A stretch of 64,000 nucleotides of DNA from an uncultured virus (IMG/VR IMGVR_UViG_3300018414_000001) (Duplodnaviria > Heunggongvirae > Uroviricota > Caudoviricetes): IMG/VR virus record IMGVR_UViG_3300018414_000001; one strand, written 5' to 3'. Made by a program: the position numbers and the translations under genes. Below the pieces are notes generated by a model. It was not told the DNA's origin and did not search any database. It worked only from the letters and a program-made list of their open reading frames with translations. Of the stretch, positions 1-10,300 are shown piece by piece. Each line of letters begins with the position of its first letter. Position 1 is the stretch's first letter.

Positions 1-166
1 AAACCCATCGCGTGCCTGGGCACATAAGACAGCGTTCAACAAGGCTTTCCGCGAAGAAGTGGGATTTGGCCGAGCCTCGCCCACCATGAGCGCCCTTATA
101 TCGCGCTGGCTCCAAGAGCGGGAGAAACGCACGGGCGGTCTCAATTCTTCGGATCGACGATGACAC
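1..166 (-). CDS. terL: Terminase large subunit, N-terminal part (runs off the window edge)
   Basis: Not in the ORF track. Manual translation from GTG at 166 gives [46 protein letters not shown], with the PBSX-type terminase Walker A context (GGRGSxKS). It overlaps the end of the upstream small gene. Confidence 0.9.
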   Translation of the reverse strand, partial: MSSSIRRIETARAFLPLLEPARYKGAHGGRGSAKSHFFAESLVERCLMCPGTRWV

Positions 167-434
167 GCTCGATCCTTAATGCGATTGCACTGCCATCTTC
201 GCCAGTTAGTTCTTTTGGCAGTATCCCCGCGACTGTCTTTATGTAGCCCATCGGGTCCGCGAGCCGTGCAAGTTGGATCGTAGCGATACCATGCTTCTCA
301 AAATCAGCACACATCGCACTCAGAAATGATTCGGATAACTTGGACCGCGCGCCAGGAGGACGGCCAGGGCTTTTCGGCGCCTGACCAGGTAAAAAGCGTC
401 CAGCTTCCCCTCTGACTACATTTTCATCAGACAC
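141..434 (-). CDS. terS: Terminase small subunit-like protein
   Basis: [18 protein letters not shown]-terminus and ELTGEDG C-terminus are typical of phage TerS. Lies immediately upstream of terL. Confidence 0.7.
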   Translation of the reverse strand: MSDENVVRGEAGRFLPGQAPKSPGRPPGARSKLSESFLSAMCADFEKHGIATIQLARLADPMGYIKTVAGILPKELTGEDGSAIALRIERVIVDPKN

Positions 435-464
435 GCATTTTCATCCGCTTAAAATTGCGCCATA

Positions 465-998
465 TCAGATATGAAACGCAATCAGGATTGTGCCGTTCCA
501 GGCCGTCGTCCCAGTGTTGGTCAACACGATAACAGTGCTGCCCGTCGCGTTCGTCACGCTGGTCACCGCGAAGCCGCCTCCGGTATTCGTGCCGGAGTGG
601 ACCTGAACCTGCGGCGCCGGCGCGCCGGCCACGAGTAGCGAGTTAGTCAGCGTGAAGGTATAGGTGGAACCAGCCGCCGTGGTCAGCGCCTCCGTCGTGA
701 TCAGCCCCGCGACCGTATTGAGGGTGGCGGCATGCACGGTGCTGGTCGCGGTATTGGAGACGATCTCGCTGGCTATCGCCGCGATCTGGAATGTGGTGGC
801 CGCGACTGACTGCGGGACCTGACCCGACGCGGTTTCAGTATCCACAGGGATGAGCGCTGAGGCAGTCAGATTGGAATAACTCAGACCCTCCCCGCCACTC
901 AGGGTGCCATTGATGTTGATGGAGTTCGCGGTGACCGTGACACCATTTTGGACCGGAGCGCCGATTGGCGGCAGGCCGTTCGATAACCAACCCGGCAT
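465..998 (-). CDS. Thr/Ala/Gly-rich beta protein, possibly a virion decoration protein
   Basis: 177 aa ORF in the late operon upstream of terS. Composition and position suggest a structural role. Confidence 0.45.
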   Translation of the reverse strand: MPGWLSNGLPPIGAPVQNGVTVTANSININGTLSGGEGLSYSNLTASALIPVDTETASGQVPQSVAATTFQIAAIASEIVSNTATSTVHAATLNTVAGLITTEALTTAAGSTYTFTLTNSLLVAGAPAPQVQVHSGTNTGGGFAVTSVTNATGSTVIVLTNTGTTAWNGTILIAFHI

Positions 999-1175
999 TT
1001 AACGTACTCCCCCATGATGTTTATGCGGCTCCAGGTGCCGGTGATCGACCTCTCGAGTCTCTTCCTTGTGGTGGTGTTCGAGATGCTTCGCGCCTTCCTT
1101 GAGGTGCTTGTCCCATTCACGTTCTTTCGAACGATGGCCTTCGTGCTTATGCTCGCCGGGTACAGGGTGCTTCAT
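999..1175 (-). CDS. 58 aa His/Glu/Lys-rich small protein
   Basis: Manual translation MKHPVPGEHKHEGHRSKEREWDKHLKEGAKHLEHHHKEETREVDHRHLEPHKHHGGVR. ATGA overlap with the upstream gene; its TAA abuts the next ATG. Confidence 0.7.
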   Translation of the reverse strand: MKHPVPGEHKHEGHRSKEREWDKHLKEGAKHLEHHHKEETREVDHRHLEPHKHHGGVR

Positions 1176-1393
1176 TTCATCTTCCTCGGTTTGAGTACGC
1201 GGTCAGCGGCACGATCAATCTCGGCCTCCTGCCGTTTGGTCAGCTTGCCTTTTCGTTCTTCCTCGGAGGCCCGCGCCTTGGCGTTCCGGGCATGATTTGG
1301 GTCATTCACGGGGTACGCGCGCTCTTTTGGAAGGCCGAATTTAGAGCCCGGGATACGCTTACGGGCTGCACTGGTAAGCCGTGCCATTCGCAA
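1172..1393 (-). CDS. Small basic conserved phage protein
   Basis: ARKRIPGSKFGLPKERAYPVNDPNHARNAKARA motif, common in phage late regions. AGGAG RBS upstream. Confidence 0.7.
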   Translation of the reverse strand: MRMARLTSAARKRIPGSKFGLPKERAYPVNDPNHARNAKARASEEERKGKLTKRQEAEIDRAADRVLKPRKMK

Positions 1394-1501
1394 TCTCCTG
1401 GGGCATTGATTGACCCACGCGGCGGGTCTATGTTCTCATTTTGTGAGACAAGGCGCAAAATGCAACCCTACCTAGGCATAAGCACATTCCGTAATCATCC
1501 G

Positions 1502-2272
1502 TCAAGCCCTTAATCGGCCTCGGTCGTCAAAATCTTCGCCTGTGAAATCCCCCGCCGAGGGAGTATGATATGCGCCGCGCGGGGGTGCGAAGGTGGGGAA
1601 CGACAGTCCCGTGGGGGCCATTTCCTTTGGCGGATGATAAAAATCAGCCAATCTGGCCAAGGCATCGCGCACATGCTGAATGGCATCCGTTACCGTCTTC
1701 CCGGCCTCTTGCGCCCAATCGGCCACGGGAACGCATTGGATAACCACGCGGTGTAAGCAAGTCACGAATCCTCCGGCGTGAATAAGCGCGGCCTCCAATC
1801 GTCTGCGGGTTTCAATTTGGGCAATCATAGCGGCGTTCTTGCCCGCGATTGGAGCGTCCGATCCGGAACCGGAGACCCCGAGATAATTGGCGGTACCCCC
1901 TCTGGGGCCTTCCCCGACCTCTTCCCAGTCCTGATAGAGTTGCCGGGCGGCGCGGCGGGATCGTTGAGGGCAGAAGCTGAATTCAGCACCCTTCGCCGGA
2001 TAGCCGTTCTCGATTCGGACGCGAGGGCCAACGATAACACGGTCCGGCGCCCCCTTCTCCACTATGATCTGACGACGGATCGATGGTGCCAGAAATTCCG
2101 CCTTTCGTTCCGCCTCGATGGCTTCGCGGCGTTGCTGTTCGGTTTTGGCGGCGGCCTTGATTAAATCCTGGGCTGCTCGTTTTTCGCGGTGGCGGCGGAC
2201 GGCTTCCTTAACCTGGCGGCGCCGGTTCATATCCGGGCCAGGTTCGGCGTTGGATATTTCAACCAATCCCAC
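1502..2272 (-). CDS. DUF6456-like protein, possible late-gene regulator
   Basis: C-terminal LHRVVIQCVP..WA..ALARLADFY pattern. Position just upstream of the late operon is like that of Q-type regulators. Confidence 0.5.
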   Translation of the reverse strand: MGLVEISNAEPGPDMNRRRQVKEAVRRHREKRAAQDLIKAAAKTEQQRREAIEAERKAEFLAPSIRRQIIVEKGAPDRVIVGPRVRIENGYPAKGAEFSFCPQRSRRAARQLYQDWEEVGEGPRGGTANYLGVSGSGSDAPIAGKNAAMIAQIETRRRLEAALIHAGGFVTCLHRVVIQCVPVADWAQEAGKTVTDAIQHVRDALARLADFYHPPKEMAPTGLSFPTFAPPRGAYHTPSAGDFTGEDFDDRGRLRA

Positions 2273-2414
2273 CCTCCTTCATCAGTTCAGCCCGCGCCGC
2301 ATCCAGCTTCCTGAGCCGTTCCCGCGCGCCCGCTTCTGGCGCCATATGCGTCACGGCGTCCTCTCGCGCAAGCCGGAGTAGAAGTTCGAGTGCCGCGCGT
2401 TCTGCCGCGGTCAT
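2259..2414 (-). CDS. 51 aa hypothetical protein, paralogue of 2801..2959
   Basis: Manual translation MTAAERAALELLLRLAREDAVTHMAPEAGARERLRKLDAARAELMKEGGIG. Confidence 0.7.
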   Translation of the reverse strand: MTAAERAALELLLRLAREDAVTHMAPEAGARERLRKLDAARAELMKEGGIG

Positions 2415-4700
2415 ATCATAGCCCGTGCATATAACGCTTCGACCGCCGCCAATATCTGCTGGTGTTCCGTTTCCGTCAGGCTGGCGGTATGCGCGATCCC
2501 GCTCTTGCCGACCCAGGTCCGATCATAGGCCGCGAAGGAGATATCGCTCAAGCGGCGGCCGCACTCGCAGAAGCCGTTAATGCCGGAGAAGGTGTGGCCC
2601 GCTATTGTTGACACACGATCGCTTTCCCCGAGATATCATGCACCCAGCGGCCGTTGCGCCATATGGGCTTGTAGCCCGAGGCGCACCAGGGGCAGCTCAC
2701 GCGGCCAATCTCAACGCAACAGGAGGCGGAACACGCGGCGATGCGGCCAATAGCCGTACGATCCGCCATGCTGGCAGGCGCAATGTCACGATAATTCCCA
2801 TCACGCCTCAACCTCCTTCATCATCGTCGCTCGGGCTTCATCAATCCACTTGATCCGATCCCGGACCCCAGCCTCCGGTGCAAGACGCGCGATGGCGTCC
2901 TCTCGGGCGATGCGGAGCAGCATATCAAGCGCAGCGCGTTCGGCCGAGGTCATCGCCATATCCACCAAGCCAGCGCCACCAGCCCAACAATCGCAACCAC
3001 CAGCCCGGCCGTGACCCACCGTTCCGTTGGAGTGAGCGGGGATGACGGAACCCAATCGTCGTCGCCAAAGGGGTCGCTCATAATTGCTCACTCACGAAGC
3101 GCGCCAACACCGCTTCAACCTCGGCCGGATCAAACCATCCGCCCTCGCCGTCCGAGTGCAGCCTCAGCGTCCCGTCCATCTCGTGCCACATCTCGAACCG
3201 CCCAATTCGGAACGGATCATATGGGCCGCGCGCTTCACCGTCGAGGACTCTGGCGGCGCGTTGTATGGCTCGGATTGGATTCGCGGGACTGAGCGACGAG
3301 ACAATCAGGGCCATCCGACCCTCCGTTGATCGCCTTTCCGCTCCAGCGACCCCGACGCCATCGGGGGGGCGGTCGGGTCTTTTGGCGCCTTTTTGAGAGC
3401 TTCCTGTACAACGACCCGATCATCCTTCGTGACCGACCCAGCCAGGATATCCCGCGCCACCTGTTGCGCCCGATCATGGATATCGGCGACCGAGTCGCCA
3501 TCGTTGACGCGCATCAGGGCGTTTCGCAGATCGGCATACTGGCCGCGTAGGACGGCAAGGCCATGGTTGAGGGTGGCCTGGGCTTCGCGCGCCGCCGTTC
3601 GGACCTCGACAACGGAGGGCGTGTACCAGGCGTGCTCAAATATCTGATCCGCCATCCGCGCGAACGCTTGGTCGGGAACTTCCCGCCGCGCGATCTCGCC
3701 ATAGGTGCAATCAGCAAACATGGCCTCAAGAAAAACAGCCAAATCATGCCTGTCTTCGTCGGTGGGGCTGAACTGATGTGGTTCCAGCGCCCGCATCGCG
3801 CGGTAAACGTCTTCCACGTTTAAAGGATCGCCGGTCAGGCGCCCACCCGCCTCGATCATTTCCGGCGTCACCGGGATTTCAGGCCCAACCCAAACAGACG
3901 GCGGCCGGAAAACGCCATCCGGGTCAGGCGACACCGACATATTCCCTGTCCACCCCTCAAGCCCCGCGCCATCCGGCTCCGTCAGGCGCGCGGCGGCGAG
4001 GTCGGAGGGCGAAACAGGATTCCCGGCGTAGATTTCCGCATACGCCTTCGCGCGATTGCGCTTCGCTTCGGGCGGGACGGGCGTAGGGCCAACACACATT
4101 CCGGGAACTCCCCGACAATCAGGACAGTCTGGATCACCGCACAAAAACGGCATAATCCGGCAATGGTCCATCACCCAACCTCCCCAACAACATATCCTCG
4201 GCTTCGCATACACCGCGCAAACTCCCCGCGGGCCTCCGTTCTCTCCGTCTGCGCGACAACCGCGATCCCAACCACCGGCAGAAAGAACCCCGCCGCGAAC
4301 GCACGCGCCTGTGCCTCTGGCCGATTCGCCCAGGTCCGGGCAAAATCCTTGCACTCCAAAATGTCCATCCGCCGGGCATCGCCCGAACCGGACACCGAGG
4401 ATGCCAATTGGTAGGAACCGCAGGAAGTAAGGAAAAACAGGGGAATGAGCCACCGCATCACGCATCCCCTCCAAAATCCCAGCCATCGCAGATCAACGGG
4501 CCGGGCGCCGAGTTCCTGATCAGCAAGTGAATCAAATGGTTCGGGCAAAACAACTCCCTGATATCCCGCAAATCGCGCTGGCGGATGTACTCCCGTGTTA
4601 TGCCGGACAACCGGCGGGTGGTTTCGGGATCACGCGGCGGAACCGGCGTGGTATCGACCGAAAAATATCCCCGATGGCCGGTCATGCCGCGATCCTCCAT
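2411..4700 (-). other. Run of small overlapping hypothetical phage genes, including a lipoprotein-like ORF (MRWLIPLFFLTSC) ending at 4171
   Basis: Chain of start/stop-overlapping ORFs ending at 2411, 2602, 2801, 3078, 3305, 4171 and 4458. Confidence 0.6.
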
Positions 4701-5206
4701 TCCCCACGCCTGACCCGCTTCCGCCCCGTCCGGTCACTCACCCCGAACGCGAGACTCGCCAACCGGATCGACATGAACTCCCCCCGATCCGTAACCACCG
4801 GACGCGCCCGGGGATGCCGATTCCCCAGCCGTAAATGATCCCCCGAAGGCCGGACCCTCTCCTTGATAACCCTGACAACCGGCGCACGAACAACCGGCGC
4901 GGCATACACATTGCCATCCTCATACCCAGAGACATCATCATGCCGCGCCATCCGATACCCGCCACGGCGAAACTTCGCCCGGTCGAGATCGTGTAATTCC
5001 CGCTTCCACCACTGATCCCACTGAAATACGGAGAACCGGAACGGAATACCCCTTGACCCGGCCTGCTCGCGATGACGGTCCCACGAAGCAAACACATACT
5101 CAGCGATCCCGTATGTGGCCTGCTCGTTGCGGGCGCGCTCATACTCCGGGGTTGAGGGGCGGCCACGAAGAGTCACGTCACTTCTCCCCACGCAAACGAG
5201 TGTCAC
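4682..5206 (-). CDS. His-Me finger/homing-endonuclease-like protein with C-terminal NUMOD1-like HTH
   Basis: RGIPFRFS..W..WW...MARHDDVSGYEDGNVY and HPRARPVVTDRGEFMSIRLAS..FGVS motifs. True start is probably internal. Confidence 0.5.
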   Translation of the reverse strand: MTLVCVGRSDVTLRGRPSTPEYERARNEQATYGIAEYVFASWDRHREQAGSRGIPFRFSVFQWDQWWKRELHDLDRAKFRRGGYRMARHDDVSGYEDGNVYAAPVVRAPVVRVIKERVRPSGDHLRLGNRHPRARPVVTDRGEFMSIRLASLAFGVSDRTGRKRVRRGEWRIAA

Positions 5207-5498
5207 GCTTCGGAAAATCAGTCATCGCCGGGAGGTTGAGGGACGCTATGGCCTTCGGGCTCGCCGAGACGGGCGCGCGCGGGACGTACACAGTAGAACC
5301 TCTACCACGCGAGAACGGGGGCGGAGGGACAGGTGTGGTAGCAACCGCGTCCAATGGTTCATCTGGCCGACGCATTTTAAGCCGGATCAACTCAGCCACC
5401 GATACGCTCATGGCCGTGGCGCGACGGCGCCAATCAGCCAGCTCCTCAATCGGAACGCGCATCTCGAATTTCTCAGACTTCGATGAAGTGCCCGCCAT
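5178..5498 (-). CDS. Ribbon-helix-helix (RHH) DNA-binding protein
   Basis: KFEMRVPIEELADWRRRA..MSVSVAELIRL. GGAGG RBS and three palindromes upstream. Confidence 0.6.
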   Translation of the reverse strand: MAGTSSKSEKFEMRVPIEELADWRRRATAMSVSVAELIRLKMRRPDEPLDAVATTPVPPPPFSRGRGSTVYVPRAPVSASPKAIASLNLPAMTDFPKRDTRLRGEK

Positions 5499-5514
5499 GC
5501 CGATCCCTCCTTAA

Positions 5515-5568
5515 GTGTCAGGACACTATATACAGGTGTGGGGACACCCCAGCAAGGTGTCAGGACAC
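5515..5568. promoter_or_regulatory. Three GTGTC-NN-GACAC operator-like palindromes at 21-bp spacing
   Basis: GTGTCAGGACAC at 5515 and 5557; GTGTGGGGACAC at 5536. Confidence 0.7.
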
Positions 5569-5573
5569 CAACA

Positions 5574-5783
5574 TCACATCCTCAAGCCGATGTCGCGCTC
5601 CAACGACACGACCCGGACGGTCAACGCGGCGATCTCAGCATCCTTCGCCGCCGCACCCTCCACACTGGCGAAGATCAGACCCGACACCGACGTTTTTCCC
5701 TCGGCCGCCCGAGCCTGCCACCGCGCCCAGGTCTCGTCATCCAGCCTGAACGTGCGAACCTTCAACGCCATCAGAGCACTCAT
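5574..5783 (-). CDS. RHH DNA-binding protein with coiled-coil tail
   Basis: KVRTFRLDDETWARWQARAAEGKTSVSGLI. Confidence 0.65.
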   Translation of the reverse strand: MSALMALKVRTFRLDDETWARWQARAAEGKTSVSGLIFASVEGAAAKDAEIAALTVRVVSLERDIGLRM

Positions 5784-5797
5784 TCATCAACGATGCC

Positions 5798-5830
5798 GGT
5801 ATATACCACCCGACCAGCCCGGTATATACC
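5798..5830. promoter_or_regulatory. Two perfect GGTATATACC palindromes
   Basis: At 5798-5807 and 5821-5830, directly upstream of the RHH gene 5574..5783. Confidence 0.7.
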
Positions 5831-5837
5831 GCCAAGG

Positions 5838-6047
5838 TTAAATCTTATCCACGTCCATCTCATCCATGACCCTGTTCGCCCGCTCCCCAGATAACCTCCG
5901 CAACTCCCATTCCGCCACACTTCCAAGCCCACGCTCAACCACGATCTCAAGCTGAGCCTGACCGGACCGGCGTTCGGCCTTCGCGATAACGACAATCTTC
6001 GCCCATAGCTTCGGAGGTAACCGACAGGGGACAGTTTTTCTTTCCAT
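5838..6047 (-). CDS. Arc-like RHH protein
   Basis: KTVPCRLPPKLWAKIVVIAKAERRSGQAQLEIVVERGL. Confidence 0.65.
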   Translation of the reverse strand: MERKTVPCRLPPKLWAKIVVIAKAERRSGQAQLEIVVERGLGSVAEWELRRLSGERANRVMDEMDVDKI

Positions 6048-6854
6048 GACCGGGAATGTGCCGTATTCGGAGCGTATGCGTCAAACCGAAACTTTTTTTG
6101 GGGTGTGGGGGGTGGTGTCACCCTTGTTTCAGTACCCTCCGTCCCATCGGCCGCACGATCTGAACGGGCCGGCGGTGGCCATTGACCCGGCGATGATCCG
6201 TCCCCGACTGGCCAGCGAATCCACCCCTCCGAACCATGCTGGTGACGCATAATATCTACTATGTAACTTCAAACACCTTATGCGAACCAATCCACGGTTG
6301 AATCTCGCAACCACGGCGGGAAATTGACACGGGACTTGCCAAAAGCGGTCGGATTGTTAGATAGTCGGGCGATGTTATCGGCTCATTGATCGATTGTCGG
6401 AAGGGATATCAGGTGGGCATGCCGCAAGCCGATCCGGGACTTTCCGAGCCGCTGAAATCGGTCGAGGTTGGCACGAAGGCCAGGCACACTCCCCAAGCAA
6501 GTAAGGAAACTCCTTACAGAACATGGCGTGACAACGGGTTAATCGCAAGTCGTGCGGTGGTTTACCTCTGGCCTTGGAAGGCCAGAGACTATCCTGGCTT
6601 ACATAAGGGTATGGTTCTAACCCTTGGACGCAGGGTATCCCGTCAGACGGTGTTTGACTGGTGCAAGGGTCGTTTCCGGTTGTCGCCTTGGGCGGCCGAG
6701 GCCCTACGTGACCAGATACGTGCCCGCGCGATGATTGGCCTGGCGATAGCGGATGAACTCGACCAACACATAATCGCGGAATCACACCGGATCAAAAGGC
6801 GCGGCGGATTCGGCAGAGGAAGCTAGGGAAGCAGCCCAGAGGCGTGCCCGCGGA

Positions 6855-7070
6855 TCACCGCTCCTCCGGCAACAGGCTATCCGCGCCCAGGGTTTCGATC
6901 TGGGCGGCGAGGTTGTGGCGCGGGATACGCCCAACGAGCCATTCGCGGATAATTCGACGAATCAAGGCTGTCCGGGCCACCCTTCCCATCGTATCGCGCG
7001 ATTGTCGAGCACACTCCGCATCCAGAGCGTCAAGCATTTCGCGAGGAATATCTATCAGTGTGCGTGCCAT
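6855..7070 (-). CDS. CopG-like RHH regulator at the first divergence point
   Basis: MARTLIDIPREMLDALDAE...RTALIRRIIREWL. TTGACA-N18-TATATC promoter ends 5 nt before the ATG. Confidence 0.75.
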   Translation of the reverse strand: MARTLIDIPREMLDALDAECARQSRDTMGRVARTALIRRIIREWLVGRIPRHNLAAQIETLGADSLLPEER

Positions 7071-7345
7071 GATGCGATATAGGCGCGGTGCCGCTCTGTT
7101 GTCAAATCCCATATCTCGTGATACAATCGGCGATACAAAACACAACCTAATTATTGTCACTTTCAACCGTAAGTTGGTATACATTCCGGTATCGCTGGCC
7201 TATATCTCTCTCACCGCCACCCACCAGGCGGACAGGCCACCCGGATCGCTCGCCCCTGAATGTGGGCTTCAAGACCGGGATCGCCTGAGAGATTAGCCTT
7301 CTCCACAAGGCGCGGGATTGTCCGCGCTTTATGATGGAGGCAAAA

Positions 7346-10300
7346 ATGAGCGCAACCAAAGTGAAGCTGACGCCAGCACAGAAAAAGGCGCTGGCCGCAT
7401 ACGAGTTTCGCCTTCGCGAGGAAGACCGCTACCTCGGGTCTGTATTCGTTACCCCGATGGGCCAGCGTCAGATCGAAGCGAAAACCAAGGTCGCATATGA
7501 TGAATGTGTGCGGCTCGGGATGACCTACGAACATGGATTGTAACGGCCAGCGGCTCGTAAGGGCCGCCACGCCTACCCGGCCATGGCCAGCATTGGGCTG
7601 ACCAGGACCGGGAGGGCTTACCCAATGAAGTTCTATTCTCACTCATTCTCTGACACATGGAACGACGGAGCGGCACGCATCAATGATCGGTTTAACACGA
7701 TCAAAGAAGCGGTCGCCGCCGCGATTGCCGCATATGGCGATCAGGTGGCCGTCGTCCATGTCTACTCGACTGACACCAAACTCCAACGGCTCGGGCAAGA
7801 CGGTGTTGCCCGTTTCGAGGGCGCGCGACTGGATCGGTATCGCGTCTGAACGGCGGCGGGAGCAATCCCGCCACGCCTACTACCTCAAGCCCCCGGTTGG
7901 CGGAGGCTTTGGACAGGAGGATATCATGGCCACAAGCATCACCACGACACAGACCCGCTTCCCTCAACTCGCGGTACGGCACTATCGCAATGTGACGCGG
8001 GTCGGCGTTCCCGGACACGCGCGGCCGTTCCAGGATACCTGGCACCGCTTCGTTGACACGGACGACAACCAGGAAATCGGGCCGTCATTCCCTACGCAAG
8101 CCGAGGCGTTTGCCTACCTACCGGTCTATGCGGCGGAAAACGGATACGAGGCAGCCTAACCGGCCAGCCCCTCCCCAGGGGCTTAGCCTTCTCCGCAAGG
8201 CCCGGAATGGTCCGGGCGCTTACGGAGGATGCGAGATGAAACACGACAGTAAAATCATCTGGCCGAATGGTGCCGGACATCGCGAATGCACCGCCGAATA
8301 CGCCGATCTGAACGAGGCGTTGCTGGCTCTGCAGCCTGAATATCAGGCGATCGATTGGGATACCCCTAACGCGCATCGCATGAATGGCGACAGCGCCAAG
8401 GTCTACAACGATTACCACATGCTGCAGCACCGGCTCGATCAGATGTCTCTTGAGGGGCATCTGGGGCGCGTGGTGCGTTACTGACACGGCGGGGCTTCGG
8501 CCCCGTCCAGCCTTCCGACAATGGCCCGCGATTGTGCGGACCATGCTCGGAGGACTGAATGATGGCGAAGAAAAAGACTGACCCGCGTTATCTGGCAATC
8601 GTCACTGTTTGCGCTGATAGCATCGAGCAACTCCGCACCTGCGATCTGCACCGCGCTTTGGATCAGGCGAAGGACATGGGGATTTGCCGCGTCTTCGCGG
8701 CGTGGCTCATGAGCGTGCGGCCAGACATTCACCGGCAGATAAACTCGGCCGCGTTGGATGTGTTGAACGGTTAATACCCTCCCGCACGGCGCGGGGATCA
8801 TGGAGGATATGATGAAACTCAAAACCCTACAGCATCACCGCAACGGTATTTGCGGCGGCCCTTTCTGGATTTGCCTGTTCACCGACAAGATTGACGGGAA
8901 ATCTCGGAACTTCATGGGAACCGCCTTCGCGGACTATGAAGAAGATCAGCACGGCAACGGGAAATATACCCTCCCGAATTGCATGGTCGCAGTCATCGAC
9001 GTTGATATGGCGGCGGCTGGCAACATCACATTTGGCGAGAACTCCTGGCGCGGGGATCACTATGCAGACCAGATACTCGCCTGGATTAACGAGCGCGAAA
9101 TGGCGCTGACAGCCTGACCATCCCGCGCTGTCTCTGGACGGCGGACGCAACACAGGAGGATACTATGGAAACCTGCACAGTAGAATGGACATTCGGCAGC
9201 CCCTCGCAATGGGCCAGTTCAAGCATCGCATGTCCGTCATTGAGCGATGCGGCGCGCGTGGCGACGCAGTGCCAGGACGCTAACCACACCTGTCCTCTCC
9301 TTTCTCTGACCATCACAACCGGCGACCACGCCGCACGGATCAGGGACGGCGTATGGGTCTCGGCACCTGAAGGTGGGTGGGAAGACGCGGCCTGATCATC
9401 ACGTAAGCGGCCCACGGCCCACGGGCCACGGCCCACGGGCCGCGAACGCGATAACCAGGGGGACAGAACGATGTTCGATACTGGCGCGCATCATTGGGCT
9501 GAACAGCATAAGCGAGAGTGGGCGGACGCTCACAACTGGGAAATGGCTCTCGTGCTTGCGTTGCAGAAAGCCGGGTACTCCCGCGACCAAAGCCGCCGCA
9601 TGGCTGAGGCTTACCGGAGGGGTGAGCCAATGCTGACAAATGACAACGGTGGCCCACCGTTGGACACTTAACCAGGAGGACGGAACGATGACAGAAATCG
9701 GCTTACGATCGGACAAGATCGGCCCGCACAGTTACCGGGCGGGCCGCTACATTGTCCGGATGATACGCGGCCGATGGTGGATTTTCGTCGGCCCCGATAT
9801 TCTTGCCGACGATATTTCCATGGACTTTAGAACGCTCACGAACGCGCGAGCCTGGTGCCGCGCGAACCCCTGACCACACAGACCGCGTCCCGAGGGACGC
9901 GGAAGTGAACTATAGAGGAATAAACAATGACCGACAAAGAACATGCCGATAAAATTCGCTCGCTCGCCAAGGAACTCACAATGGCGATGAAAATAGCGAG
10001 TGGCGCGGGATTAACGGTAGAGGTCTCGCTGAAGGCTTTTTCCTGGGAGAGTACCTTCTACGGGCATCGAACAATGGAATGGAGTCCGGTCGTTCTCGTC
10101 ACCCGCGTAATTCCTGTTTAATCCTGACATCCCCTCTCACGCCGCTCTGACCGGACACCAGAGCGGAAGCGAGGCGATGACTTAACCCAAAACGCGCGCG
10201 GCGCGGGAGAACGATGATGCGAATCGGATTAGTTTTATATGCAGCCTTCGTAACCACATGGGCATCGTGCATAGCGACCACCGGCTGGTGGACCATCACG

